Shown one piece after another: positions 1-12,944 of a DNA stretch of 64,000 bases. The position numbers and the translations under genes are program-made. The DNA lies in contig OZ024744.1 in assembly GCA_964016885.1 (NCBI GenBank), positions 119,164,001-119,228,000 on the forward strand, written 5' to 3'. Source of the stretch: Eledone cirrhosa. Taxonomy: Eukaryota. The notes beneath the pieces are model-generated. The model searched no databases, was not told where the DNA came from, and saw only the letters and a program-made list of their open reading frames with translations. Each line of letters begins with the position of its first letter. Within the stretch, counting starts at the first letter, position 1.

Positions 1-2254
1 ACAACTGACTATTGTTACTAACATTATTACTGTAACAACTGACTTGGTGTTACTAACATTATTACTGTAACAACTGACTTGGTGTTACTAACATTATTAC
101 TGGAACAACTGACTTGGTGTTACTAACATTATTACTGTGACAACTGACTAATGTTACTAAGATTATTACTGTAACAACTGACTTGGTGTTACTAACATTA
201 TTACTGTGACAACTGACTAATGTTACTAACATTATTACTGTAACAACTGACTCGGTGTTACTAACATTATTACTGGAACAACTGACTTGGTGTTACTAAC
301 ATTATTACTGTAACAACTGACTAATGTTACTAACATTATTACTGTAACAACTGACTAATGTTACTAACATTATTACTGTAACAACTGACTTGGTGTTACT
401 AACATTATTACTGTGACAACTGACTAATGTTACTAACATTATTACTGTAACAACTAACTAATGTTACTAACATTATTACTGTAACAACTGACTTGGTGTT
501 ACTAACATTATTACTGTAACAACTGACTTGGCGTTACTAACATTATTACTGTGACAACTGACTAATGTTACTAACATTATTACTGTAACAACTGACTTGG
601 TGTTACTAACATTATTACTGTAACAACTGACTTGGTGTTACTAACATTATTAATGTAACAACTGGCTAATGTTACTAACATTATTACTGTAACAACTGAC
701 TTGGTGTTACTAACATTATTACTGTAACAACTGGCTAATGTTACTAACGTTATTACTGTAACAACTGACTAGGTGTTACTAACATTATTACTGTAACAAC
801 TGACTTGGTGTTACTAACATTATTACTGTAACAACTGACTAATGTTACTAACATTATTACTGTAGCAACTGACTTGGCGTTACTAACATTATTACTGTAA
901 CAAATGACTAATGTTACTAACATTATTACTGTAACAACTGACTAATGTTACTAACATTGTTACTGTAAAAACTGACTAATGGTACTAACATTATTACTGT
1001 AACAACTGACTTGGTGTTACTAACATTATTACTGTAACAACTGACTTGGTGTTACTAACATTATCACTGTAACAACTGACTAATGTTACTAACATTATTA
1101 CTGTAACAACTGACTAATGTTACTAACATTATTACTGTAACAATTGACTTGGTGTTACTAACATTATTACTGTAACAACTGACTTGGTGTTACTAACATT
1201 ATTACTGTAACAACTGACTAATGGTACTAACATTATTACTGTAACAACTGACTAATGGTACTAACATTATTACTGTAACAACTGACTTGGTGTTACTAAC
1301 GTTATTACTGTAACAACTGACTTGGTGTTACTAACATTATTACTGTGACAACTGACTAATGTTACTAACATTATTACTGTAACAACTGACTTGGTGTTAC
1401 TTACATTATTACTGTAACAACTGACTTGGTGTTACTAACATTATTACTGTAACAACTGACTTGGTGTTACTAACATTATTACTGTAACAACGGACTTGGT
1501 GTTACTAACATTATTACTGTAATAATTGACTTGGTGTTACTAACATTATTACTGTAACAACTGACTTGGCGTTACAAACATTATTACTGTAACAACTGAC
1601 TTGGTGTTACTAACATTATTACTGTAACAACTGACTTGGTGTTACTAACATTATTGCTGTAACAACTGACTTGGTGTTACTAACATTATTACTGTAACAA
1701 CTGACTTGGTGTTACTAACATTATTACTGTAACAACTGACTTGGTGTTACAAACATTATTACTGTAACAACTAACTAATGTTAATAACATTATTACTGTA
1801 ACAACTGACTTGGTGTTACTTACATTATTACTGTAACAACTGACTTGGTGTTACTAACATTATTACTGTAACAACTGACTTGGTGTTACTAACATTATTA
1901 CTGTAACAACTGACTTGGTGTTACTAACATTATTACTGTAACAACTGACTTGGTGTTACTAACATTATTACTGTAACAACTGACTTGGTGTTACTAACAT
2001 TATTACTGTAACAACTGACTTGGTGTTACAAACATTATTACTGTAACAACTAACTAATGGTACTAACATTATTACTGTAACAACTGACTTGGTGTTACTT
2101 ACATTATTACTGTAACAACTGACTTGGTGTTACTAACATAATTACTGTAACAACTGACTTGGTGTTACTAACATTGTTACTGTAACAACTGACTTGGTGT
2201 TACTAACATTATTACTGTAACAACTGACTTGGTGTTACTAACATTATTACTGTA

Positions 2255-2363
2255 GTTCAAATCCCGCCGAAGTTAACTTTGCCTTTCATCCTTATGGGGT
2301 CGATAAAATAAAGTACCAGTAATGTACTGGATAATTGCTGGCCTTGTGCCAAAAGTAGAAACA
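2255..2363 (+). mobile_element. 5'-truncated tRNA-derived SINE fragment (copy 1) inserted in the satellite, with an apparent 12-bp target-site duplication ATTATTACTGTA
   Basis: 109 bp of non-satellite sequence GTTCAAATCCCGCCGAAGTTAACTTTGCCTTTCATCCTTATGGGGTCGATAAAATAAAGTACCAG...GCCTTGTGCCAAAAGTAGAAACA. It starts with a B-box-like GTTCAAATCC and is flanked by ATTATTACTGTA at 2243-2254 and 2364-2375. The GCCTTTCATCC...GGGGTCGATAAA...AGTACCAG core matches my recollection of a conserved metazoan SINE central domain (not database-verified). Confidence 0.8.
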
Positions 2364-3031
2364 ATTATTACTGTAACAACTGACTAATGTTACTAACATT
2401 ATTACTGTAACAACTGACTTGGTTTTACTTACATTATTACTGTAACAACTGACTTGGCGTTACTAACATTATTACTGTAACAACTGACTAATGTTACTAA
2501 CATTATTACTGTAACAACTGACTTGGTGTTACTAACATTATTACTGTAACAACTGACTAATGTTACTAACATTATTACTGTAACAACTGACTTGGTGTTA
2601 CTAACATTATTACTGTAACAACTGACTTGGTGTTACTAACATTATTACTGTAAAAACTGACTAATGTTACTAACATTATTACTGTAACAACTGTCTTGGT
2701 GTTACTAACATTATTACTGTAACAAATGACTAATGTTACTAACATTATTACTGTAACAACTGACTAATGTTACTAACATTATTACTGTAACAACTGACTA
2801 ATGGTACTAACATTATTACTGTAACAACTGACTTGGTGTTACTAACATTATTACTGTAGCAACTGACTTGGTGTTACTAACATTATTACTGTAACAACTG
2901 ACTAATGTTACTAACATTATTACTGTAACAATTGACTTGGTGTTACTAACATTATTACTGTAACAACTGACTTGGTGTTACTAACATTATTACTGTAACA
3001 ACTGACTAATGGTACTAACATTATTACTGTA

Positions 3032-6000
3032 ACAACTGACTAATGGTACTAACATTATTACTGTAACAACTGACTTGGTGTTACTAACGTTATTACTGTA
3101 ACAACTGACTTGGTGTTACTAACATTATTACTGTGACAACTGACTAATGTTACTAACATTATTACTGTAACAACTGACTTGGTGTTACTAACATTATTAC
3201 TGTTACAACTGACTATTGTTACTAACATTATTACTGTAACAACTGACTTGGTGTTACTAACATTATTACTGTAACAACTGACTTGGTGTTACTAACATTA
3301 TTACTGGAACAACTGACTTGGTGTTACTAACATTATTACTGTGACAACTGACTAATGTTACTAAGATTATTACTGTAACAACTGACTTGGTGTTACTAAC
3401 ATTATTACTGTGACAACTGACTAATGTTACTAACATTATTACTGTAACAACTGACTCGGTGTTACTAACATTATTACTGGAACAACTGACTTGGTGTTAC
3501 TAACATTATTACTGTAACAACTGACTAATGTTACTAACATTATTACTGTAACAACTGACTAATGTTACTAACATTATTACTGTAACAACTGACTTGGTGT
3601 TACTAACATTATTACTGTGACAACTGACTAATGTTACTAACATTATTACTGTAACAACTAACTAATGTTACTAACATTATTACTGTAACAACTGACTTGG
3701 TGTTACTAACATTATTACTGTAACAACTGACTTGGCGTTACTAACATTATTACTGTGACAACTGACTAATGTTACTAACATTATTACTGTAACAACTGAC
3801 TTGGTGTTACTAACATTATTACTGTAACAACTGACTTGGTGTTACTAACGTTATTACTGTAACAACTGACTTGGTGTTACTAACATTATTACTGTGACAA
3901 CTGACTAATGTTACTAACATTATTACTGTAACAACTGACTTGGTGTTAGTAACATTATTACTGTGACAACTGACTAATGTTACTAACATTATTACTGTAA
4001 CAACTGACTTGGTGTTACTAACATTATTACTGTAACAACTGACTTGGTGTTACTAACATTATTACTGGAACAACTGACTTGGTGTTACTAACATTATTAC
4101 TGTGACAACTGACTAATGTTACTAACATTATTACTGTAACAACTGACTTGGTGTTACTAACATTATTACTGTGACAACTGACTAATGTTACTAACATTAT
4201 TACTGTAACAACTGACTTGGTGTTACTAACATTATTACTGGAACAACTGACTTGGTGTTACTAACATTATTACTGTAACAACTGACTAATGTTACTAACA
4301 TTATTACTGTAACAACTGACTAATGTTACTAACATTATTACTGTAACAACTGACTTGGTGTTACTAACATTATTACTGTAACAACTGACTTGGTGTTACT
4401 AACATTATTACTGTAACAACTAACTAATGTTACTAACATTATTACTGTAACAACTGACTTGGTGTTACTAACATTATTACTGTAACAACTGACTTGGCGT
4501 TACTAACATTATTACTGTGACAACTGACTAATGTTACTAACATTATTACTGTAACAACTGACTTGGTGTTACTAACATTATTACTGTGACAACTGACTAA
4601 TGTTACTAACATTATTACTGTAACAACTGACTTGGTGTTACTAACATTATTACTGTGACAACTGACTAATGTTACTAACATTATTACTGTAACAACTGAC
4701 TAATGGTACTAACATTATTACTGTAACAACTGACTAATGGTACTAACATTATTACTGTAACAACTGACTTGGTGTTACTAACATTATTACTGTGACAACT
4801 GACTAATGGTACTAACATTATTACTGTAACAACTGACTTGGTGTTACTAACGTTATTACTGTAACAACTGACTTGGTGTTACTAACATTATTACTGTGAC
4901 AACTGACTAATGTTACTAACATTATTACTGTAACAACTGACTTGGTGTTACTAACATTATTACTGTAACAACTGACTTGGTGTTACTAACATTATTACTT
5001 TAACAACTGACTTGGTGTTACTAACATTATTACTGTAACAACTGACTTGGTGTTACTAACATTATTACTGTAACAACTGACTTGGTGTTACTAACATTAT
5101 TACTGTAACAACGGACTTGGTGTTACTAACATTATTACTGTAATAACTGACTTGGTGTTACTAACATTATTACTGTAACAACTGACTTGGTGTTACTAAC
5201 ATTATTACTGTAACAACTGACTAATGTTACTAACATTATTACTGTAACAACTGACTTGGTGTTACTAACATTATTACTGTAACAACTGACTAATGTTACT
5301 AACATTATTACTGTAACAACTGACTTGGTGTTACTAACATTATTACTGTAACAACTGACTAATGTTACTAACATTATTACTGTAACAACTGACTTGGTGT
5401 TACTAACATTATTACTGTAACAACTGACTTGGTGTTACTAACATTATTACTGTAACAACTGACTAATGTTACTAACATTATTACTGTAACAACTGACTTG
5501 GTGTTACTAACATTATTACTGTAACAAATGACTAATGTTACTAACATTATTACTGTAACAACTGACTAATGTTACTAACGTTATTACTGTAACAACTGAC
5601 TATGTGTTACTAACATTATTACTGTAACAACTGACTTGGTGTTACTAACATTATTACTGTAACAACTGACTAATGTTACTAACATTATTACTGTAACAAC
5701 TGACTTGGTGTTACTAACATTATTACTGTAACAAATGACAAATGTTAATAACATTATTACTGTAACAACTGACTAATGTTACTAACATTATTACTGTAAC
5801 AACTGACTAATGGTACTAACATTATTACTGTAACAACTGACTTGGTGTTACTAACATTATTACTGTAACAACTGACTTGGTGTTACTAACATTATTACTG
5901 TAACAACTGACTAATGTTACTAACATTATTACTGTAACAACTGACTAATGTTACTAACATTATTACTGTAACAATTGACTTGGTGTTACTAACATTATTA

Positions 6001-9000
6001 CTGTAACAACTGACTTGGTGTTACTAACATTATTACTGTAACAACTGACTAATGGTACTAACATTATTACTGTAACAACTGACTTGGTGTTACTAACGTT
6101 ATTACTGTAACAACTGACTAATGGTACTAACATTATTACTGTAACAACTGACTTGGTGTTACTAACGTTATTACTGTAACAACTGACTTGGTGTTACTAA
6201 CATTATTACTGTGACAACTGACTAATGTTACTAACATTATTACTGTAACAACTGACTAATGGTACTAACATTATTACTGTAACAACTGACTTGGTGTTAC
6301 TAACGTTATTACTGTAAAAACTGACTTGGTGTTACTAACATTATTACTGTGACAACTGACTAATGTTACTAACATTATTACTGTAACAACTGACTTGGTG
6401 TTACTAACATTATTACTGGAACAACTGACTTGGTGTTACTAACATTATTACTGTAACAACTGACTAATGTTACTAACATTATTACTGTAACAACTGACTA
6501 ATGTTACTAACATTATTACTGTAACAACTGACTTGGTGTTACTAACATTATTACTGTAACAACTAACTAATGTTACTAACATTATTACTGTAACAACTGA
6601 CTTGGTGTTACTAACATTATTACTGTAACAACTGACTTGGCGTTACTAACATTATTACTGTGACAACTGACTAATGTTACTAACATTATTACTGTAACAA
6701 CTGACTTGGTGTTACTAACATTATTACTGTGACAACTGACTAATGTTACTAACATTATTACTGTAACAACTGACTTGGTGTTACTAACATTATTACTGTG
6801 ACAACTGACTAATGTTACTAACATTATTACTGTAACAACTGACTAATGGTACTAACATTATTACTGTAACAACTGACTAATGGTACTAACATTATTACTG
6901 TAACAACTGACTTGGTGTTACTAACATTATTACTGTGACAACTGACTAATGGTACTAACATTATTACTGTAACAGCTGACTTGGTGTTACTAACGTTATT
7001 ACTGTAACAACTGACTTGGTGTTACTAACATTATTACTGTGACAACTGACTAATGGTACTAACATTATTACTGTAACAACTGACTTGGTGTTACTAACGT
7101 TATTACTGTAACAACTGACTTGGTGTTACTAACATTATTACTGTGACAACTGACTAATGTTACTAACATTATTACTGTAACAACTGACTTGGTGTTACTA
7201 ACATTATTACTGTTACAACTGACTATTGTTACTAACATTATTACTGTAACAACTGACTTGGTGTTACTAACATTATTACTGTAACAACTGACTTGGTGTT
7301 ACTAACATTATTACTGGAACAACTGACTTGGTGTTACTAACATTATTACTGTGACAACTGACTAATGTTACTAAGATTATTACTGTAACAACTGACTTGG
7401 TGTTACTAACATTATTACTGTGACAACTGACTAATGTTACTAACATTATTACTGTAACAACTGACTCGGTGTTACTAACATTATTACTGGAACAACTGAC
7501 TTGGTGTTACTAACATTATTACTGTAACAACTGACTAATGTTACTAACATTATTACTGTAACAACTGACTAATGTTACTAACATTATTACTGTAACAACT
7601 GACTTGGTGTTACTAACATTATTACTGTGACAACTGACTAATGTTACTAACATTATTACTGTAACAACTAACTAATGTTACTAACATTATTACTGTAACA
7701 ACTGACTTGGTGTTACTAACATTATTACTGTAACAACTGACTTGGCGTTACTAACATTATTACTGTGACAACTGACTAATGTTACTAACATTATTACTGT
7801 AACAACTGACTTGGTGTTACTAACATTATTACTGTAACAACTGACTTGGTGTTACTAACGTTATTACTGTAACAACTGACTTGGTGTTACTAACATTATT
7901 ACTGTGACAACTGACTAATGTTACTAACATTATTACTGTAACAACTGACTTGGTGTTAGTAACATTATTACTGTGACAACTGACTAATGTTACTAACATT
8001 ATTACTGTAACAACTGACTTGGTGTTACTAACATTATTACTGTAACAACTGACTTGGTGTTACTAACATTATTACTGGAACAACTGACTTGGTGTTACTA
8101 ACATTATTACTGTGACAACTGACTAATGTTACTAACATTATTACTGTAACAACTGACTTGGTGTTACTAACATTATTACTGTGACAACTGACTAATGTTA
8201 CTAACATTATTACTGTAACAACTGACTTGGTGTTACTAACATTATTACTGGAACAACTGACTTGGTGTTACTAACATTATTACTGTAACAACTGACTAAT
8301 GTTACTAACATTATTACTGTAACAACTGACTAATGTTACTAACATTATTACTGTAACAACTGACTTGGTGTTACTAACATTATTACTGTAACAACTGACT
8401 TGGTGTTACTAACATTATTACTGTAACAACTAACTAATGTTACTAACATTATTACTGTAACAACTGACTTGGTGTTACTAACATTATTACTGTAACAACT
8501 GACTTGGCGTTACTAACATTATTACTGTGACAACTGACTAATGTTACTAACATTATTACTGTAACAACTGACTTGGTGTTACTAACATTATTACTGTGAC
8601 AACTGACTAATGTTACTAACATTATTACTGTAACAACTGACTTGGTGTTACTAACATTATTACTGTGACAACTGACTAATGTTACTAACATTATTACTGT
8701 AACAACTGACTAATGGTACTAACATTATTACTGTAACAACTGACTAATGGTACTAACATTATTACTGTAACAACTGACTTGGTGTTACTAACATTATTAC
8801 TGTGACAACTGACTAATGGTACTAACATTATTACTGTAACAACTGACTTGGTGTTACTAACGTTATTACTGTAACAACTGACTTGGTGTTACTAACATTA
8901 TTACTGTGACAACTGACTAATGTTACTAACATTATTACTGTAACAACTGACTTGGTGTTACTAACATTATTACTGTAACAACTGACTTGGTGTTACTAAC

Positions 9001-11100
9001 ATTATTACTTTAACAACTGACTTGGTGTTACTAACATTATTACTGTAACAACTGACTTGGTGTTACTAACATTATTACTGTAACAACTGACTTGGTGTTA
9101 CTAACATTATTACTGTAACAACGGACTTGGTGTTACTAACATTATTACTGTAATAACTGACTTGGTGTTACTAACATTATTACTGTAACAACTGACTTGG
9201 TGTTACTAACATTATTACTGTAACAACTGACTAATGTTACTAACATTATTACTGTAACAACTGACTTGGTGTTACTAACATTATTACTGTAACAACTGAC
9301 TAATGTTACTAACATTATTACTGTAACAACTGACTTGGTGTTACTAACATTATTACTGTAACAACTGACTAATGTTACTAACATTATTACTGTAACAACT
9401 GACTTGGTGTTACTAACATTATTACTGTAACAACTGACTTGGTGTTACTAACATTATTACTGTAACAACTGACTAATGTTACTAACATTATTACTGTAAC
9501 AACTGACTTGGTGTTACTAACATTATTACTGTAACAAATGACTAATGTTACTAACATTATTACTGTAACAACTGACTAATGTTACTAACGTTATTACTGT
9601 AACAACTGACTAGGTGTTACTAACATTATTACTGTAACAACTGACTTGGTGTTACTAACATTATTACTGTAACAACTGACTAATGTTACTAACATTATTA
9701 CTGTAACAACTGACTTGGTGTTACTAACATTATTACTGTAACAAATGACAAATGTTAATAACATTATTACTGTAACAACTGACTAATGTTACTAACATTA
9801 TTACTGTAACAACTGACTAATGGTACTAACATTATTACTGTAACAACTGACTTGGTGTTACTAACATTATTACTGTAACAACTGACTTGGTGTTACTAAC
9901 ATTATTACTGTAACAACTGACTAATGTTACTAACATTATTACTGTAACAACTGACTAATGTTACTAACATTATTACTGTAACAATTGACTTGGTGTTACT
10001 AACATTATTACTGTAACAACTGACTTGGTGTTACTAACATTATTACTGTAACAACTGACTAATGGTACTAACATTATTACTGTAACAACTGACTTGGTGT
10101 TACTAACGTTATTACTGTAACAACTGACTAATGGTACTAACATTATTACTGTAACAACTGACTTGGTGTTACTAACGTTATTACTGTAACAACTGACTTG
10201 GTGTTACTAACATTATTACTGTGACAACTGACTAATGTTACTAACATTATTACTGTAACAACTGACTAATGGTACTAACATTATTACTGTAACAACTGAC
10301 TTGGTGTTACTAACGTTATTACTGTAAAAACTGACTTGGTGTTACTAACATTATTACTGTGACAACTGACTAATGTTACTAACATTATTACTGTAACAAC
10401 TGACTTGGTGTTACTAACATTATTACTGGAACAACTGACTTGGTGTTACTAACATTATTACTGTAACAACTGACTAATGTTACTAACATTATTACTGTAA
10501 CAACTGACTAATGTTACTAACATTATTACTGTAACAACTGACTTGGTGTTACTAACATTATTACTGTAACAACTGACTTGGTGTTACTAACATTATTACT
10601 GTAACAACTAACTAATGTTACTAACATTATTACTGTAACAACTGACTTGGTGTTACTAACATTATTACTGTAACAACTGACTTGGCGTTACTAACATTAT
10701 TACTGTGACAACTGACTAATGTTACTAACATTATTACTGTAACAACTGACTTGGTGTTACTAACATTATTACTGTGACAACTGACTAATGTTACTAACAT
10801 TATTACTGTAACAACTGACTTGGTGTTACTAACATTATTACTGTGACAACTGACTAATGTTACTAACATTATTACTGTAGCAACTGACTAATGGTACTAA
10901 CATTATTACTGTAACAACTGACTAATGGTACTAACATTATTACTGTAACAACTGACTTGGTGTTACTAACATTATTACTGTGACAACTGACTAATGGTAC
11001 TAACATTATTACTGTAACAGCTGACTTGGTGTTACTAACGTTATTACTGTAACAACTGACTTGGTGTTACTAACATTATTACTGTGACAACTGACTAATG
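3032..11100 (+). repeat. Higher-order tandem duplication, period 4010 bp (4045 after one extra monomer), with a nested ~2.15-2.18 kb sub-period
   Basis: Rare variant TGTTACAACTGACTATTG at 3201 and 7211. ORF-track offsets 4442->8452 and 5135->9145 are both 4010; 6585->10630 is 4045; 8452->10630 and 9145->11323 are 2178. Boundaries are approximate. Confidence 0.85.
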
Positions 11101-12944
11101 TTACTAACATTATTACTGTAACAACTGACTTGGTGTTACTAACATTATTACTGTAACAACTGACTTGGTGTTACTAACATTATTACTTTAACAACTGACT
11201 TGGTGTTACTAACATTATTACTGTAACAACTGACTTGGTGTTACTAACATTATTACTGTAACAACTGACTTGGTGTTACTAACATTATTACTGTAACAAC
11301 GGACTTGGTGTTACTAACATTATTACTGTAATAACTGACTTGGTGTTACTAACATTATTACTGTAACAACTGACTTGGTGTTACTAACATTATTACTGTA
11401 ACAACTGACTAATGTTACTAACATTATTACTGTAACAACTGACTTGGTGTTACTAACATTATTACTGTAACAACTGACTAATGTTACTAACATTATTACT
11501 GTAACAACTGACTTGGTGTTACTAACATTATTACTGTAACAACTGACTAATGTTACTAACATTATTACTGTAACAACTGACTTGGTGTTACTAACATTAT
11601 TACTGTAACAACTGACTTGGTGTTACTAACATTATTACTGTAACAACTGACTAATGTTACTAACATTATTACTGTAACAACTGACTTGGTGTTACTAATA
11701 TTATTACTGTAACAAATGACTAATGTTACTAACATTATTACTGTAACAACTGACTAATGTTACTAACGTTATTACTGTAACAACTGACTAGGTGTTACTA
11801 ACATTATTACTGTAACAACTGACTTGGTGTTACTAACATTATTACTGTAACAACTGACTAATGTTACTAACATTATTACTGTAACAACTGACTTGGTGTT
11901 ACTAACATTATTACTGTAACAAATGACTAATGTTACTAACATTATTACTGTAACAACTGACTAATGTTACTAACATTATTACTGTAACAACTGACTAATG
12001 GTACTAACATTAATACTGTAACAACTGACTTGGTGATACTAACATTATTACTGTAACAACTGACTTGGTGTTACTAACATTATTACTGTAACAACTGACT
12101 AATGTTACTAACATTATTACTGTAACAACTGACTAATGTTACTAACATTATTACTGTAACAATTGACTTGGCGTTACTAACATTATTACTGTAACAACTG
12201 ACTTGGTGTTACTAACATTATTACTGTAACAACTGACTAATGGTACTAACATTATTACTGTAACAACTGACTTGGTGTTACTAACGTTATTACTGTAACA
12301 ACTGACTAATGGTACTAACATTATTACTGTAACAACTGACTTGGTGTTACTAACGTTATTACTGTAACAACTGACTTGGTGTTACTAACGTTATTACTGT
12401 AACAACTGACTAATGGTACTAACATTATTACTGTAACAACTGACTTGGTGTTACTAACGTTATTACTGTAACAACTGACTAATGTTACTAACATTATTAC
12501 TGTAACAACTGACTAATGGTACTAACATTATTACTGTAACAACTGACTTGGTGTTACTAACGTTATTACTGTAAAAACTGACTTGGTGTTACTAACATTA
12601 TTACTGTGACAACTGACTAATGTTACTAACATTATTACTGTAACAACTGACTTGGTGTTACTAACATTATTACTGTGACAACTGACTAGTGTTACTAACA
12701 TTATTACTGTAACAACTGACTTGGTGTTACTAACATTATTACTGGAACAACTGACTTGGTGTTACTAACATTATTACTGTAACAACTGACTAATGTTACT
12801 AACATTATTACTGTAACAACTGACTAATGTTACTAACATTATTACTGTAACAACTGACTTGGTGTTACTAACATTATTACTGTAACAACTGACTTGGTGT
12901 TACTAACATTATTACTGTAACAACTAACTAATGTTACTAACATT

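Noticed and set aside
2254-2275. tRNA gene
   Set aside because: Only the T-loop/B-box segment is present; there is no D-arm, anticodon arm or acceptor stem.
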